From Bryobacterales bacterium (lineage in GTDB: Bacteria > Acidobacteriota > Terriglobia > Bryobacterales > Bryobacteraceae): a stretch of DNA of 41,475 bases. Below, one piece after another: positions 7,431-16,575 of the stretch; positions within the stretch are counted from its first letter, which is position 1; each line of letters starts with the position of its first letter. A program made the translations under genes and the position numbers. The notes beneath the pieces were generated by a model. That model was not told the DNA's origin. It saw nothing but the letters and a program-made list of their open reading frames with translations, and made no database searches. Location: contig PMEV01000105.1 of the NCBI GenBank assembly GCA_003154855.1, positions 10,873 through 52,347 on the forward strand, read 5' to 3'.

Positions 7431-7934
7431 TTAATCTACCGCGAGCCCTTCTGCCCGGAAATTCCCAATCACTATGTCCACGCGGTGTCCGGGTCTCACC
7501 ATCCTGCCTCTGTTCGAGAAACCCATCCAATAGGATTTGCCCGCCTCGGGCGTGGAACTCTGTCGCAACAGGCCGATCTTGTCCATCGACGGGACCACCA
7601 GCCTGACGCCGGCCTGCGGGTCAATCAGGAACGGCTCCAGTTTCTTGTCGCTCAGCGGCTTGGCCTTCTCGGGGTCCAGCACGCGATAGCTAAAACGAAC
7701 GATCTCGCCGGACTCGGTGTACTTCACGCCGAGAGAATCGATTCCCCAGACGGCTCCGTAGTACAGAGCGGCGCGCCTGGGGACCCGGTCTGCGTTGAAA
7801 CGGGGAGCGGCGGCCGGCGCCGAAGCCTGTCCCGCCGGGCTGGCGGATTGGGCTCCTACAGAGACCGGAATGCCGCTGGCGACGATCCCTGCCAGCAGCA
7901 TCAGCTTCGCGCCCGGAACCTTATGCTCGAACAT
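7431..7934 (-). CDS. Small secreted hypothetical protein
   Basis: 167 aa with an N-terminal hydrophobic signal (KLMLLAGIVASGIPVSVGAQS). Coding-like composition, same strand, 81 nt downstream of the giant gene. I recognise no family. Confidence 0.55.
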   Translation of the reverse strand: MFEHKVPGAKLMLLAGIVASGIPVSVGAQSASPAGQASAPAAAPRFNADRVPRRAALYYGAVWGIDSLGVKYTESGEIVRFSYRVLDPEKAKPLSDKKLEPFLIDPQAGVRLVVPSMDKIGLLRQSSTPEAGKSYWMGFSNRGRMVRPGHRVDIVIGNFRAEGLAVD

Positions 7935-8015
7935 TGTGAGTGTGTCCTCGCCCTGGTAACTGCCAGGAACCGGGGGCCAGCGGCTCGCGCCAACCCCCGG
8001 TCCCGTTCTGGTTGC

Positions 8016-11000
8016 CTAGTTGCCGGTACCCGTCAGAGCCACCGGCGAATTGATGACCGTCACGGGGTTCGTCCCGCTCAGGGCGCTGATGGTCACGGTG
8101 CCACGGTACGACGTAACCGCGGCCGGAGTGAACACCACGTTGATAGTACAACTGGCCCCGCCGGCCAGATCGAGACCGCAAGTGCCCGGCGAGGTGGTGG
8201 ACCGCGTGAACACCGCTGGCGTGAAGGCCAGGGCGATGCTGCTCGCCGTCGCGGTTCCCGTATTGCGAAGGGTCAGGGTGAGCGGCGCGCTGGTCGTGCC
8301 GTGCGTCACCGTTCCAAAGGCCAGTGAAGTGGGCGTCACCGTCAAGGTCACGGGCAGAGCCGTGTTGTGCTCGATCGCGCCGACGTCGATCCTGCTATCC
8401 GCATCCGGCCTCGGGTTGCCGAAGAAGTCGGTCGGCGGAGCCGCTTGGCCGGCCACGGAACTGGTCGGGATGTAATCGATGGCCGGAGAACCGGTCGCCA
8501 GGGCGTAGTTGCCTAGCACCAGGCCGGTTACCGGATGAGCCTGCGACAGCGGCCCGAAGGTGACGTTGATCCAGTTGTTGCCCTCGTCCACGGTGGCCGA
8601 CGGCAGCAGGCTGAAGATCGGATTGGGAACGGTGGCGTCCGAGATGCCCGGTGGCACGTCGTAGCCCGCGGCGCCAAAGCATCCATCCGCCGCGGTGCAT
8701 TCCGGCGGGATCCGCGCTCCGTTGCAGTACTGAGCGACAACGGTCGGGTTGGATGCCAGGTTATTCAAACCGGTGTAACCGGTGATGTCCGTGATCACCG
8801 AGTACGTCGGCGCCAGAGTGAACTTGGAAGAATGGTTGCGCGGCCCGGTATCGCCGCGCACGCCGAGGTCCCAGTAGGACGCGCCGGGAGCGCAGGCCCC
8901 CGTGCCACCGGTGATGATGGTGCCACCGCCGTTGTTAGAGATGGAGTCGGTCCGCGGCTGGCTCAGCGTCGGATACATCGTGATGATGTTCTGCTGGTAC
9001 TGGTTGCTCAGCGAGCCCACACCGACGAAGAACGAGCGGTTCTGCCAGAGCAGGTCGTTATACAGCTCCGGATAGGAGACTAGGGTGCAAGTCGGCGCCG
9101 AAGCCGAGCCCACCTTGCCCGTTTGCGGTGTGCCAGGAGCGTAATGGCCGGTCGGGCAGGTGATGGTCAGCCCCGTGAGGCTCAAAGCCAGCACCGGGCT
9201 GTTGCCGGATACCGCCAAGCCGCCAGGCTGAGGCAGCGATGTGCTGCCGGTCGGCCCAGTGGTTCCAGGGGGCGGCGGCCCACTGGCCAGAGGCGCCCCG
9301 AGGGTGGTAGTGAGAACCCCCGCGGTAGCCGTGGAGTCGTTGGAGACCACGGTGTTGTTCACGAAGTTCACCGCCAGGGCATCCTGGAAGGAGACGCCAC
9401 CGCCGTCCCAGCCGGCAACGTTGTCGACAATGACATTGTTGATCACCGCCACGCTGTACCAGCGATCGGGACGTGAGGGGAACGTGGAAATATCTGTCCC
9501 GTTCACGCCCTGGAAGCGGAGGCCGCCGCCAGCGCCGCTTTCCGCCATGTTGCCCTGAATCAGGTTGGCGTTGATTACCAGGCCGGGCCCGGTTCCGTCG
9601 CTCATTCCGGGCGGGCAATCCTGGTCGGGCTGGGTGCCGCACACAGGATCTGTGTCGGGAGTCCCCTGAATGATCATGCCGCCGCCGTTGGTCGGGATGG
9701 TCGGATTGGTGCTCTGGTTGAACAGGATGGCGTTGTGCTCGATGTCGCCGTTCCAGTTCATCCCCAGGTGAGCGAATCCGCCGCCGTCGCCGGCGCTCAG
9801 GTTTCCGCACACCCAGTTGTAGTTGAACTTATAGTAGTCGGCGCCCGTGCAGAAACTGACGCCGCCCGCTCCAGCCGGGGTAGCCGAGAACAACTCGTCG
9901 CCGATGGAGCTGTTCAGCGTGACCGAATTGTGGTGCACGTTGACGTTCAGGTCGAAGCAGTACGGCAACTCCAGGCCCGTGTACGTCTGACCGGTGTAGC
10001 AGGAAGGTGGATCGTATGCGGTGCCGCCCACGATGTTGGCGGGCGCAAACTCACCCTGGCCGACGTTGATTCCGCCCGAGAGCGTTCCGGTATTGCTGTG
10101 TATCCGGTTGTTCGCGATCTCGAGGTAATGCCCGTAGGCATGCACGAAAACTCCGCCGCCGCCCTGCGAGCTGTCGGTGACGCTCAGCCCATCGATCCGC
10201 GACGGATTGCACAGGAAGTTGCTGGGATACGGATTGGCGCCACTTGGGCCGCTGGTGCAGTCGGCTGCCGTCAGCAGCACGGTGCCGGGCGGGAAGGTGT
10301 CGCTTCCGAAAGGATTGGATCCGGTCGGGAACTTTACGCCTTTCCCGAGAACCGTGATTCCGGCTCCTTCGTAAGCGCCCATCAGCGTCGGCTCCTGCAA
10401 CTGCTCGGCCAGGTTTCCGTTGAGTGTGGCGTCCCAGCCGACCACTGCCTCCAAGGGCAGCCGGTCGACCGAGAACTGCTGCGCCGCCGGGCAAATCCAT
10501 GGTCCGCCGTTATTGCCTTTGTCGGAGGGCGGATCGTACGGATTCCCCGCGCTGATGGGCCGGCCATTGATGGCGATTCCGAACAGGCAATCCACCTGGC
10601 GCCGCCAGGGATCCAGCCTGCCCGCGGGTTGCGTGTTGGCGTTGATGATGCTGGAGGCCGCGCCGACACCTTGCAGCCGCACCGGCTTCCACATGAGCAC
10701 GAACTCGGTGTAGACGCCGGGCGGAACGATGATCAGGTCGCCCGGCTGCGCCGCGTCGATGGCCGACTGAATCGTGGCTCCAGCAGCCATCGGAATCGGA
10801 GTTTTGCCGCCTATGGTGACCGTCACCGCGTCGACCGATTGTCTGCCGTTGTCGGCCGTGATGATCAGTTCGCCGCAGCGTTCGGCCGGCACGGAGCCGC
10901 CATTCGGCCCGCCGTATAGGGCCTGTTGCTGGATCGCGCACAGCGGCACATTCGGGGGAACCGTTACCTGGATCTGAGTGCCGCTCCAACTGGTAACGGT

Positions 11001-14000
11001 CGCCTTCACGCCGCCGATGGTCACTCCGCCCACGCCCTGAGTAGCCCCAAAGCCGTAATGACGCGTGATCTTCTTCTGATTGAAAGGAGGCGCCGTGGCC
11101 GAGGGGCCGGAGTACGCATAGTTGTTCACCTGCTGGTCGGGAAGAGAATTGATCGTGAGGGTGTGGCCGGCCGCCAAGACCCAAGGCCCAGCCACGTCGC
11201 CGGTCACCGTAGAGACCGCTGGCGTCGTGTCGGGGTACTCGCAGTCGGGATGGTTGTACCCTTCCGAGAAGCCCGCGGTGGGAACCACCGGGGTGTCCAG
11301 GTAGTCGGTCTGCCCCGGCATGAACGGCAGCTCGTAGCAGAACTGGCTGTAGCCCGATTGGTACAGCGGGTCCGGAGTGGGTCCCGATCCAGGGTCGTTC
11401 ATGCACATGACCATCATGGTGGGTGAATAGCCCGTCGGATTGGGCGGGTTCACTTCCCAGGTCGAGTAATTCAGACCATTGTAGAGGCCCCACTGGTCCG
11501 CATACACCCGTGAGATTTCGTTCCCGGCCCAGTCCCTGACGGATACCGGCAAGTTGGGCGGCGAGAATTTCTCGCCGAACTGCGGCGAGAACGGATCGAA
11601 TTCGGAGGTGAAGTCGTCCGTGATCACCCCGGTGAACTTGGCGGCGATGTGGGTCGAAGTGTAGATGTAGAATTTCGCCGTCGCCGCCATCTGGTCCGTC
11701 AAGACCACTTCCTTGCGGTCGCACAGATTGCGCGTCGCTCCGGCGAAGGGCGACACCTCCTTGGACTGCGGGAAGAGGCTGATGAAGTCGGGCACCACGC
11801 GCGCCTGTCCCACGCACGCCCAGACGGGCTCGAAGGGGAATCCGGGAACCGTATCGGTATGCGGGCCGGTCCCCAGGTTGGTCGTGGGATTGTTTGGGTT
11901 ATTCGCGTTGTAGGCGCTGCCGATCGCGGCCTGGTCGGGAATGATGAAGATGGAGGCCATGGTGGCGAACTCCTGGGTCACCGGCGCGATGAAGCTGTCG
12001 CCGATCAGGATGTTCTTATCCTCTTCCTTCACCAGTTCGAAGCCCGGAGGCACCACCACTTCCACCACGTACTTGCCCGCCGGAAGCATCGGAGTGCCAA
12101 ACCTGAGGGTATCCGACGCGTCGGGATTCGTCTTGCAGACCGCGCAGTTCGTGGTGAGGGGCTTTCCCGTGGTTGTGCTTGTCGAAGTCACGCTCGGGAA
12201 CGAGTACATGCCGTCGTAAGGCGCCGGCTGGAGCTGATTCCAGTTGTGCATGCCGTCATAGCACTTGAACTGAGAGTTGTATGGCAACGCAGTCCCTGGA
12301 TTGAGCCAGTTCACCTGGTTGTACAACGTGAAGTAGAAGAGATCCCCCGTCGACTGGCCCGGGCAGTTCATGTTCGGAACGCTGTCCGAACGGAAACCCT
12401 GCGACCAATCGTCCCAACTGCTGGTCTGGGTGGTGTCCACCAGCGTGAGAGATTGGGTCCCGTCGGGCGCCGTCCCTTCCTGGTAGAGGTTGATGGTGAC
12501 GTGTGGAACCAGAGGCTCCCATTGGGTCTGAACCAGCAATATCGGGTCGTCGAAAGGACGGGTCGAGGCATAGATCACATGTCCCCTGATCCCGCCGTTT
12601 TCACCGGGAGCGAAGGGCGCCTTGCCGAATTCGATAAAGTTGTTCTGGCCGGTGAAGCCCTGCCAGCCCTCGGCCGGGGTCCAAGGCGTATCGATCCGGC
12701 CCGTCGACAGCGTGGTCGAGCAGGTAGTAATGCCCGAGGACGTCGTACAGTTGCTGGGCGGATCGCTGCTGCCGGCCCCACTCTGAATCGATTTGCCCGC
12801 GCAGTCCGCGCCCTTGCAGTACACCGCACCCGGCACCCGCAGGTTCGTGGGCGACGTGGGCAGGGAGACCAGCTCGAGCGTGTTCGCCAGGTTCTTGCCA
12901 ATGGTGGAAGTCCCGCACGGCGGGTAGCCCGGCACACCGCAGGACGCCGAGCCGTCGACAGGTCCGCCGGTGTCGTACACCGTGTGGATACCCGTGGTCT
13001 TGTAACGGGTGGTGTCCGCTTCCACGACGTACCAGTTGAACAGCGGGAACGTCTCGTTGAAATTGGCCACGCCGTTGAAATCCGTGGTGAGGTTGTTGGA
13101 CAAGCTGCCGTCCCGGTACCGAATGGTGGTCGGAATCAGCGGGATCCCCGCTTCGCCTTTATCGTAGACGCCGTTCTTGTTATCGTCGATGAAAGTCCGG
13201 GTGTAGAGATTGGCCTGCCATTGCGTGACCGGAACGTCCTTCATATTGGTCAGGGTGCCGCCCCCCAGGGTAAGGGGCACCGAAAGGCCGTCCACGATCT
13301 GATCGTTCCACTGATCGAAGAGGGTGACCCTCCAATCGCCGGCGGGAAGACCGGTCAGGGTGAAGTTCCCGTCTATGTCGCACTTGGTGAAGGCGAAATC
13401 CTCGCCGTCCGGATCTCCCAAGCTGACGTAGCACTGCGTCCAACCAAACGTATCGCGGGTGCCAGTGCTGTAGAGCCGCTCATCCGGCGTCCGGCTCAGG
13501 TGCAGGCCTGTTACCTTGCCCGTCACCGAGTTGTTGCAGGGGCCCAGCGGGCCGAGGTCGGCCCCGGAGCAGACGGCCGCCAAGCGATTATTGATGATCT
13601 TCGGGTTGGCAAATCCAATGGATACGTGGTATCCGGCCGGCCCGAACTCCTGGAAGTAGCTCGGCTCGCCGATCCGGATGAACGCATCGTGGGCCTTCTG
13701 GCCGTCCAGCGTGTTGGTTTGGAGCCACTCTTCGCCCCTCGCAATCCGGTCGGCGCCCGGCGTGGCCACCACGCTGAATCTTCCCGGCATCAGGTTGGCA
13801 ATCAGGGCCTGGCCCGCCAGCGGGGATAGAGTCGCTCCGTCGGATTCGTACTTCGGGCAGGTAACGATCTGGCCTGTGATGCCCGCTTGAGCCGTATTGC
13901 CGGTAGCCTGGGTTGAAATCGGGCACGCATCCAACCCGGTCACTGGATCGATCGTTCCCGCCAGGCTGTTCGACAGCGGCATGTTGAACATGTCGTAAGT

Positions 14001-16547
14001 CATCTGTCCGGTGAAGTCGCCAGAACCGCCCATGGCGTCGAAGATCTCGAGGTTAAAGCCCCCCAATCCGGGCTCGTTGGGCGAGAGGATGTCGACTCCG
14101 CCACCCGCATCTTGCTCGCCGTTGAGCGGGAAGTCGTCTTCGAACACGATCACGGATAGTTTCCCCGGCGGGAGCGGCGTGGGTTCCACCAGGACCGTGA
14201 TACTGGTCACCAAACGCGTCAAGGTAGTCGGATCGATGGGGATCGGAGCGCCGCCCATGGTGTGGCCTGGCCCGGCCCCATTGAACGGGTTGGCTGCGTC
14301 GCCGGGCAGGACCGAGATGTAGTAGCGCTTGGCTGGGTCCAGAGAGACCTTGCTCGGATCCACGGCCGTCTGTTGGGTGGCCGTCGTCCGGCACACACCG
14401 TTGCCCACGTCGCACACCGCGGGTACGCCCAGGACACTCTGACCCGATTCGCAGGACAGCGGTCCCGTGCATCCCTGCGCCACAAATGCTGTCGAGCTGG
14501 TGTGGAAATTGACCCCATAGGTCGGAACGATCGGGCCAGTCGGGCCGGTGTTAACCGTCTTGGTCGGATTGACGAAGAAGGTCCGATCTTCTTCGATAAC
14601 CCAGCGATAGTCCGTGAGAACGCCTCCCGTCGAGGGATCCTTGACCGTCACCGTAATCGGGCTCACCGGCGTGGGGAAGTTTATCGTCACGGTCGCCGCG
14701 GCGCTGAGCGTTCCCTGCGAGTTCTGCGCCTTGTACTGGAAGGTGTAGGTGCCCGGCCCGGGAACAGAGGCGTTGAAGCCGCCGTTGGCAGCCATGACCA
14801 CCGTCAGTCCGCCTGCCGGCGACACACTGGCCACGTTCACTGTGAGCGGATAGCCCGCGAGGTCCTTGTCCACGGCCAGGGGGCCGGGTGTCTTGATGGC
14901 CAGGGAGGTGGCCACTGTCGAATTGTAGGTGATCGGATTCACGACGATGCCGCCCGTGGCCTCCACCGGCGCCAGAGTCAGCGTCACCTTAGCGGTGGGA
15001 CCCGTGCCATTGGCCTGGTAGAAGAAGCTATCCGGGGCGGTCCAGCCGGCGTTGGGCACATACGTAAAGGTGCCGTTGGCGAAGAGAGTCAGCACGCCTT
15101 TGGTTGGCGCGGTGGCAACCTTAACGCCGTAGACGTTGATGTCGTTGGCGATCACGCCCTTGCTGGGATCCGATACGGTGAGCGTCTCGCCCGGCACCAC
15201 GGTGTAAGCATCCGGGTTGGCCTGCGCGGGCGTCAGGGCGGGGGCATTCGGGATCGCCGAGCCGTTGATGCCGACGTAGGCTAGCATTCCGGCGTCGCGT
15301 ACCACCGCGTTGCCCGACAGGCTCAACTCGCGGTCGTATATCGGAAGGGCAGTCGCCGGCGGCGCGGAGGTGGCGGGAGCGTTGACCATCACATCGTAGG
15401 TCTTGCCCGCGGCCATGAAGACTTCGTTCTGCACGCGGCCCACGCCCGGCAGCACGTTGCCGTCTTCCGCAATCAGCGACATGCCGGCAACCGCCGGTGT
15501 CCCGGTCAGCGATCCGATGATCGAGGGCACGTGCATGCGCAAGCCCGCGTTGACCAGGCGCACCAGGACCAGCCCGGTGCCAGGGGTAACGGCCCGCGAA
15601 ATCGGGAACAGAGATGCCGGGGAGTTGGTTTTGTTGAAGGCGACCCCGTTGATCATGTAATACAGCGGGATGTAGTTCACCGCGGGCGGATAGCACGTGT
15701 GATAATTGGCCGAAGCGGGATTGCCGCATTGGTTCGGCTGGCCGGACCACACCGCGGTCTCGGTGAACCCCACCGTGCCGACCGCGGTGGTGACGGCGTT
15801 GTTCTGAACCGGGTCGATTTCACTGAACAGCAGCGGGACGTCCGCATTATAGGTTACGCCGGGGTAGGCAAGGCCAACGACGCCTGCCGACGGCGCGGTG
15901 GTAACCACCAGTATCCCGTACAGGCCCATGGGGCCCTGAATGGACGGGTGCGTGCCCGACTCAAACAGGTAGGTGCCCGGCCGGAGCCCCGACCAGGTCA
16001 GCGGCTTCATCGCTCCCGGCAGCACTTCCGTGGCGAACGACTGCACGCGCGGCCCCTGCAGCGGGGGCGTGCCGGAGGGACCGGAGTTCGCGATGGGCCA
16101 CGTGGTCGCCGCCTGGGCATTGGAGTGGTCCGGCGAAGGCGTGGTGGTCCTCTGCGCCAGCACTCCCAGACCGCCTCCCAACTGGCCCACGATCACCAGC
16201 GAGGTGGGCACCCCGTTCTTCCCGGCGCCAGCCGTGAACGAAAGATTATTGGTGAGGTTGACTCGCAGGCCTCCCGCGGCCGTGGTGGGAATCGTGATCA
16301 CCACCGGGGACCAGCCCGTACCCGCGCCCGTGTTCAACTTGGCGCAAGTCGCCGACGATCCCGGGACGACCGTGCCGCAACTGTAGCCCCACATCGGCAC
16401 TTGCGAGCCGTCCGGCAGGGTGACGGTGGCCGGTGCGGCAGTCAGATTGATCTGCTGCTGGCCGTAGGCCGCAACCGCCCCGGAGAAAAGAACACCCCCT
16501 AAGCATACCGCCACCTTCAAGATGGCTTTAAAGTCGTTGATTCGCAT
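8016..16547 (-). CDS. Giant (2843 aa) secreted multidomain protein. N-terminal copper-ligand-free MCO-like module, then cadherin/Ig-like, SdrD-B/Cna-B-like and IPT/TIG modules, a right-handed beta-helix and a C-terminal choice-of-anchor-D-like domain
   Basis: Uninterrupted ORF with signal peptide ..AVAAYGQ. aa 30-430 are paralogous to the upstream MCO-B. aa ~445-625: VIANDINVYG...GTFTYVPNAGWTAPDSFFY. aa ~1040-1190: CDIDGNFTLTGLPAGDWRV and FIDDNKNGVYDKGEAGIP. aa ~1826-1915: GVTIGGVKATVTSWSGTQIQVTVP. aa ~1920-2700: AQPGDLIIVPPGVYTE, NNRIHSNTG, HHNSVTLNSS, DVGAIE. aa ~2730-2843: LTVTPTSLAFGTVTHGTTSAPLTLTLRNTG. GGAG lies 9 nt upstream of the ATG. Confidence 0.9.
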   Translation of the reverse strand: MRINDFKAILKVAVCLGGVLFSGAVAAYGQQQINLTAAPATVTLPDGSQVPMWGYSCGTVVPGSSATCAKLNTGAGTGWSPVVITIPTTAAGGLRVNLTNNLSFTAGAGKNGVPTSLVIVGQLGGGLGVLAQRTTTPSPDHSNAQAATTWPIANSGPSGTPPLQGPRVQSFATEVLPGAMKPLTWSGLRPGTYLFESGTHPSIQGPMGLYGILVVTTAPSAGVVGLAYPGVTYNADVPLLFSEIDPVQNNAVTTAVGTVGFTETAVWSGQPNQCGNPASANYHTCYPPAVNYIPLYYMINGVAFNKTNSPASLFPISRAVTPGTGLVLVRLVNAGLRMHVPSIIGSLTGTPAVAGMSLIAEDGNVLPGVGRVQNEVFMAAGKTYDVMVNAPATSAPPATALPIYDRELSLSGNAVVRDAGMLAYVGINGSAIPNAPALTPAQANPDAYTVVPGETLTVSDPSKGVIANDINVYGVKVATAPTKGVLTLFANGTFTYVPNAGWTAPDSFFYQANGTGPTAKVTLTLAPVEATGGIVVNPITYNSTVATSLAIKTPGPLAVDKDLAGYPLTVNVASVSPAGGLTVVMAANGGFNASVPGPGTYTFQYKAQNSQGTLSAAATVTINFPTPVSPITVTVKDPSTGGVLTDYRWVIEEDRTFFVNPTKTVNTGPTGPIVPTYGVNFHTSSTAFVAQGCTGPLSCESGQSVLGVPAVCDVGNGVCRTTATQQTAVDPSKVSLDPAKRYYISVLPGDAANPFNGAGPGHTMGGAPIPIDPTTLTRLVTSITVLVEPTPLPPGKLSVIVFEDDFPLNGEQDAGGGVDILSPNEPGLGGFNLEIFDAMGGSGDFTGQMTYDMFNMPLSNSLAGTIDPVTGLDACPISTQATGNTAQAGITGQIVTCPKYESDGATLSPLAGQALIANLMPGRFSVVATPGADRIARGEEWLQTNTLDGQKAHDAFIRIGEPSYFQEFGPAGYHVSIGFANPKIINNRLAAVCSGADLGPLGPCNNSVTGKVTGLHLSRTPDERLYSTGTRDTFGWTQCYVSLGDPDGEDFAFTKCDIDGNFTLTGLPAGDWRVTLFDQWNDQIVDGLSVPLTLGGGTLTNMKDVPVTQWQANLYTRTFIDDNKNGVYDKGEAGIPLIPTTIRYRDGSLSNNLTTDFNGVANFNETFPLFNWYVVEADTTRYKTTGIHTVYDTGGPVDGSASCGVPGYPPCGTSTIGKNLANTLELVSLPTSPTNLRVPGAVYCKGADCAGKSIQSGAGSSDPPSNCTTSSGITTCSTTLSTGRIDTPWTPAEGWQGFTGQNNFIEFGKAPFAPGENGGIRGHVIYASTRPFDDPILLVQTQWEPLVPHVTINLYQEGTAPDGTQSLTLVDTTQTSSWDDWSQGFRSDSVPNMNCPGQSTGDLFYFTLYNQVNWLNPGTALPYNSQFKCYDGMHNWNQLQPAPYDGMYSFPSVTSTSTTTGKPLTTNCAVCKTNPDASDTLRFGTPMLPAGKYVVEVVVPPGFELVKEEDKNILIGDSFIAPVTQEFATMASIFIIPDQAAIGSAYNANNPNNPTTNLGTGPHTDTVPGFPFEPVWACVGQARVVPDFISLFPQSKEVSPFAGATRNLCDRKEVVLTDQMAATAKFYIYTSTHIAAKFTGVITDDFTSEFDPFSPQFGEKFSPPNLPVSVRDWAGNEISRVYADQWGLYNGLNYSTWEVNPPNPTGYSPTMMVMCMNDPGSGPTPDPLYQSGYSQFCYELPFMPGQTDYLDTPVVPTAGFSEGYNHPDCEYPDTTPAVSTVTGDVAGPWVLAAGHTLTINSLPDQQVNNYAYSGPSATAPPFNQKKITRHYGFGATQGVGGVTIGGVKATVTSWSGTQIQVTVPPNVPLCAIQQQALYGGPNGGSVPAERCGELIITADNGRQSVDAVTVTIGGKTPIPMAAGATIQSAIDAAQPGDLIIVPPGVYTEFVLMWKPVRLQGVGAASSIINANTQPAGRLDPWRRQVDCLFGIAINGRPISAGNPYDPPSDKGNNGGPWICPAAQQFSVDRLPLEAVVGWDATLNGNLAEQLQEPTLMGAYEGAGITVLGKGVKFPTGSNPFGSDTFPPGTVLLTAADCTSGPSGANPYPSNFLCNPSRIDGLSVTDSSQGGGGVFVHAYGHYLEIANNRIHSNTGTLSGGINVGQGEFAPANIVGGTAYDPPSCYTGQTYTGLELPYCFDLNVNVHHNSVTLNSSIGDELFSATPAGAGGVSFCTGADYYKFNYNWVCGNLSAGDGGGFAHLGMNWNGDIEHNAILFNQSTNPTIPTNGGGMIIQGTPDTDPVCGTQPDQDCPPGMSDGTGPGLVINANLIQGNMAESGAGGGLRFQGVNGTDISTFPSRPDRWYSVAVINNVIVDNVAGWDGGGVSFQDALAVNFVNNTVVSNDSTATAGVLTTTLGAPLASGPPPPGTTGPTGSTSLPQPGGLAVSGNSPVLALSLTGLTITCPTGHYAPGTPQTGKVGSASAPTCTLVSYPELYNDLLWQNRSFFVGVGSLSNQYQQNIITMYPTLSQPRTDSISNNGGGTIITGGTGACAPGASYWDLGVRGDTGPRNHSSKFTLAPTYSVITDITGYTGLNNLASNPTVVAQYCNGARIPPECTAADGCFGAAGYDVPPGISDATVPNPIFSLLPSATVDEGNNWINVTFGPLSQAHPVTGLVLGNYALATGSPAIDYIPTSSVAGQAAPPTDFFGNPRPDADSRIDVGAIEHNTALPVTLTVTPTSLAFGTVTHGTTSAPLTLTLRNTGTATASSIALAFTPAVFTRSTTSPGTCGLDLAGGASCTINVVFTPAAVTSYRGTVTISALSGTNPVTVINSPVALTGTGN

Positions 16548-16575
16548 TGTTTTTCTCCGTTGTCAGTCGGACTCG

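Noticed and set aside
11649-13829. Long plus-strand ORF (726 aa) and many other 100-500-aa ORFs lying opposite to or out of frame with the giant gene (for example 9735..10919, 10510..11817, 14262..15284, 15531..16502).
   Set aside because: Arg/Gly/Pro/His-rich shadow-ORF composition typical of GC-rich DNA, with no recognisable motifs. They overlap an uninterrupted 8.5-kb ORF that has coherent domain content.
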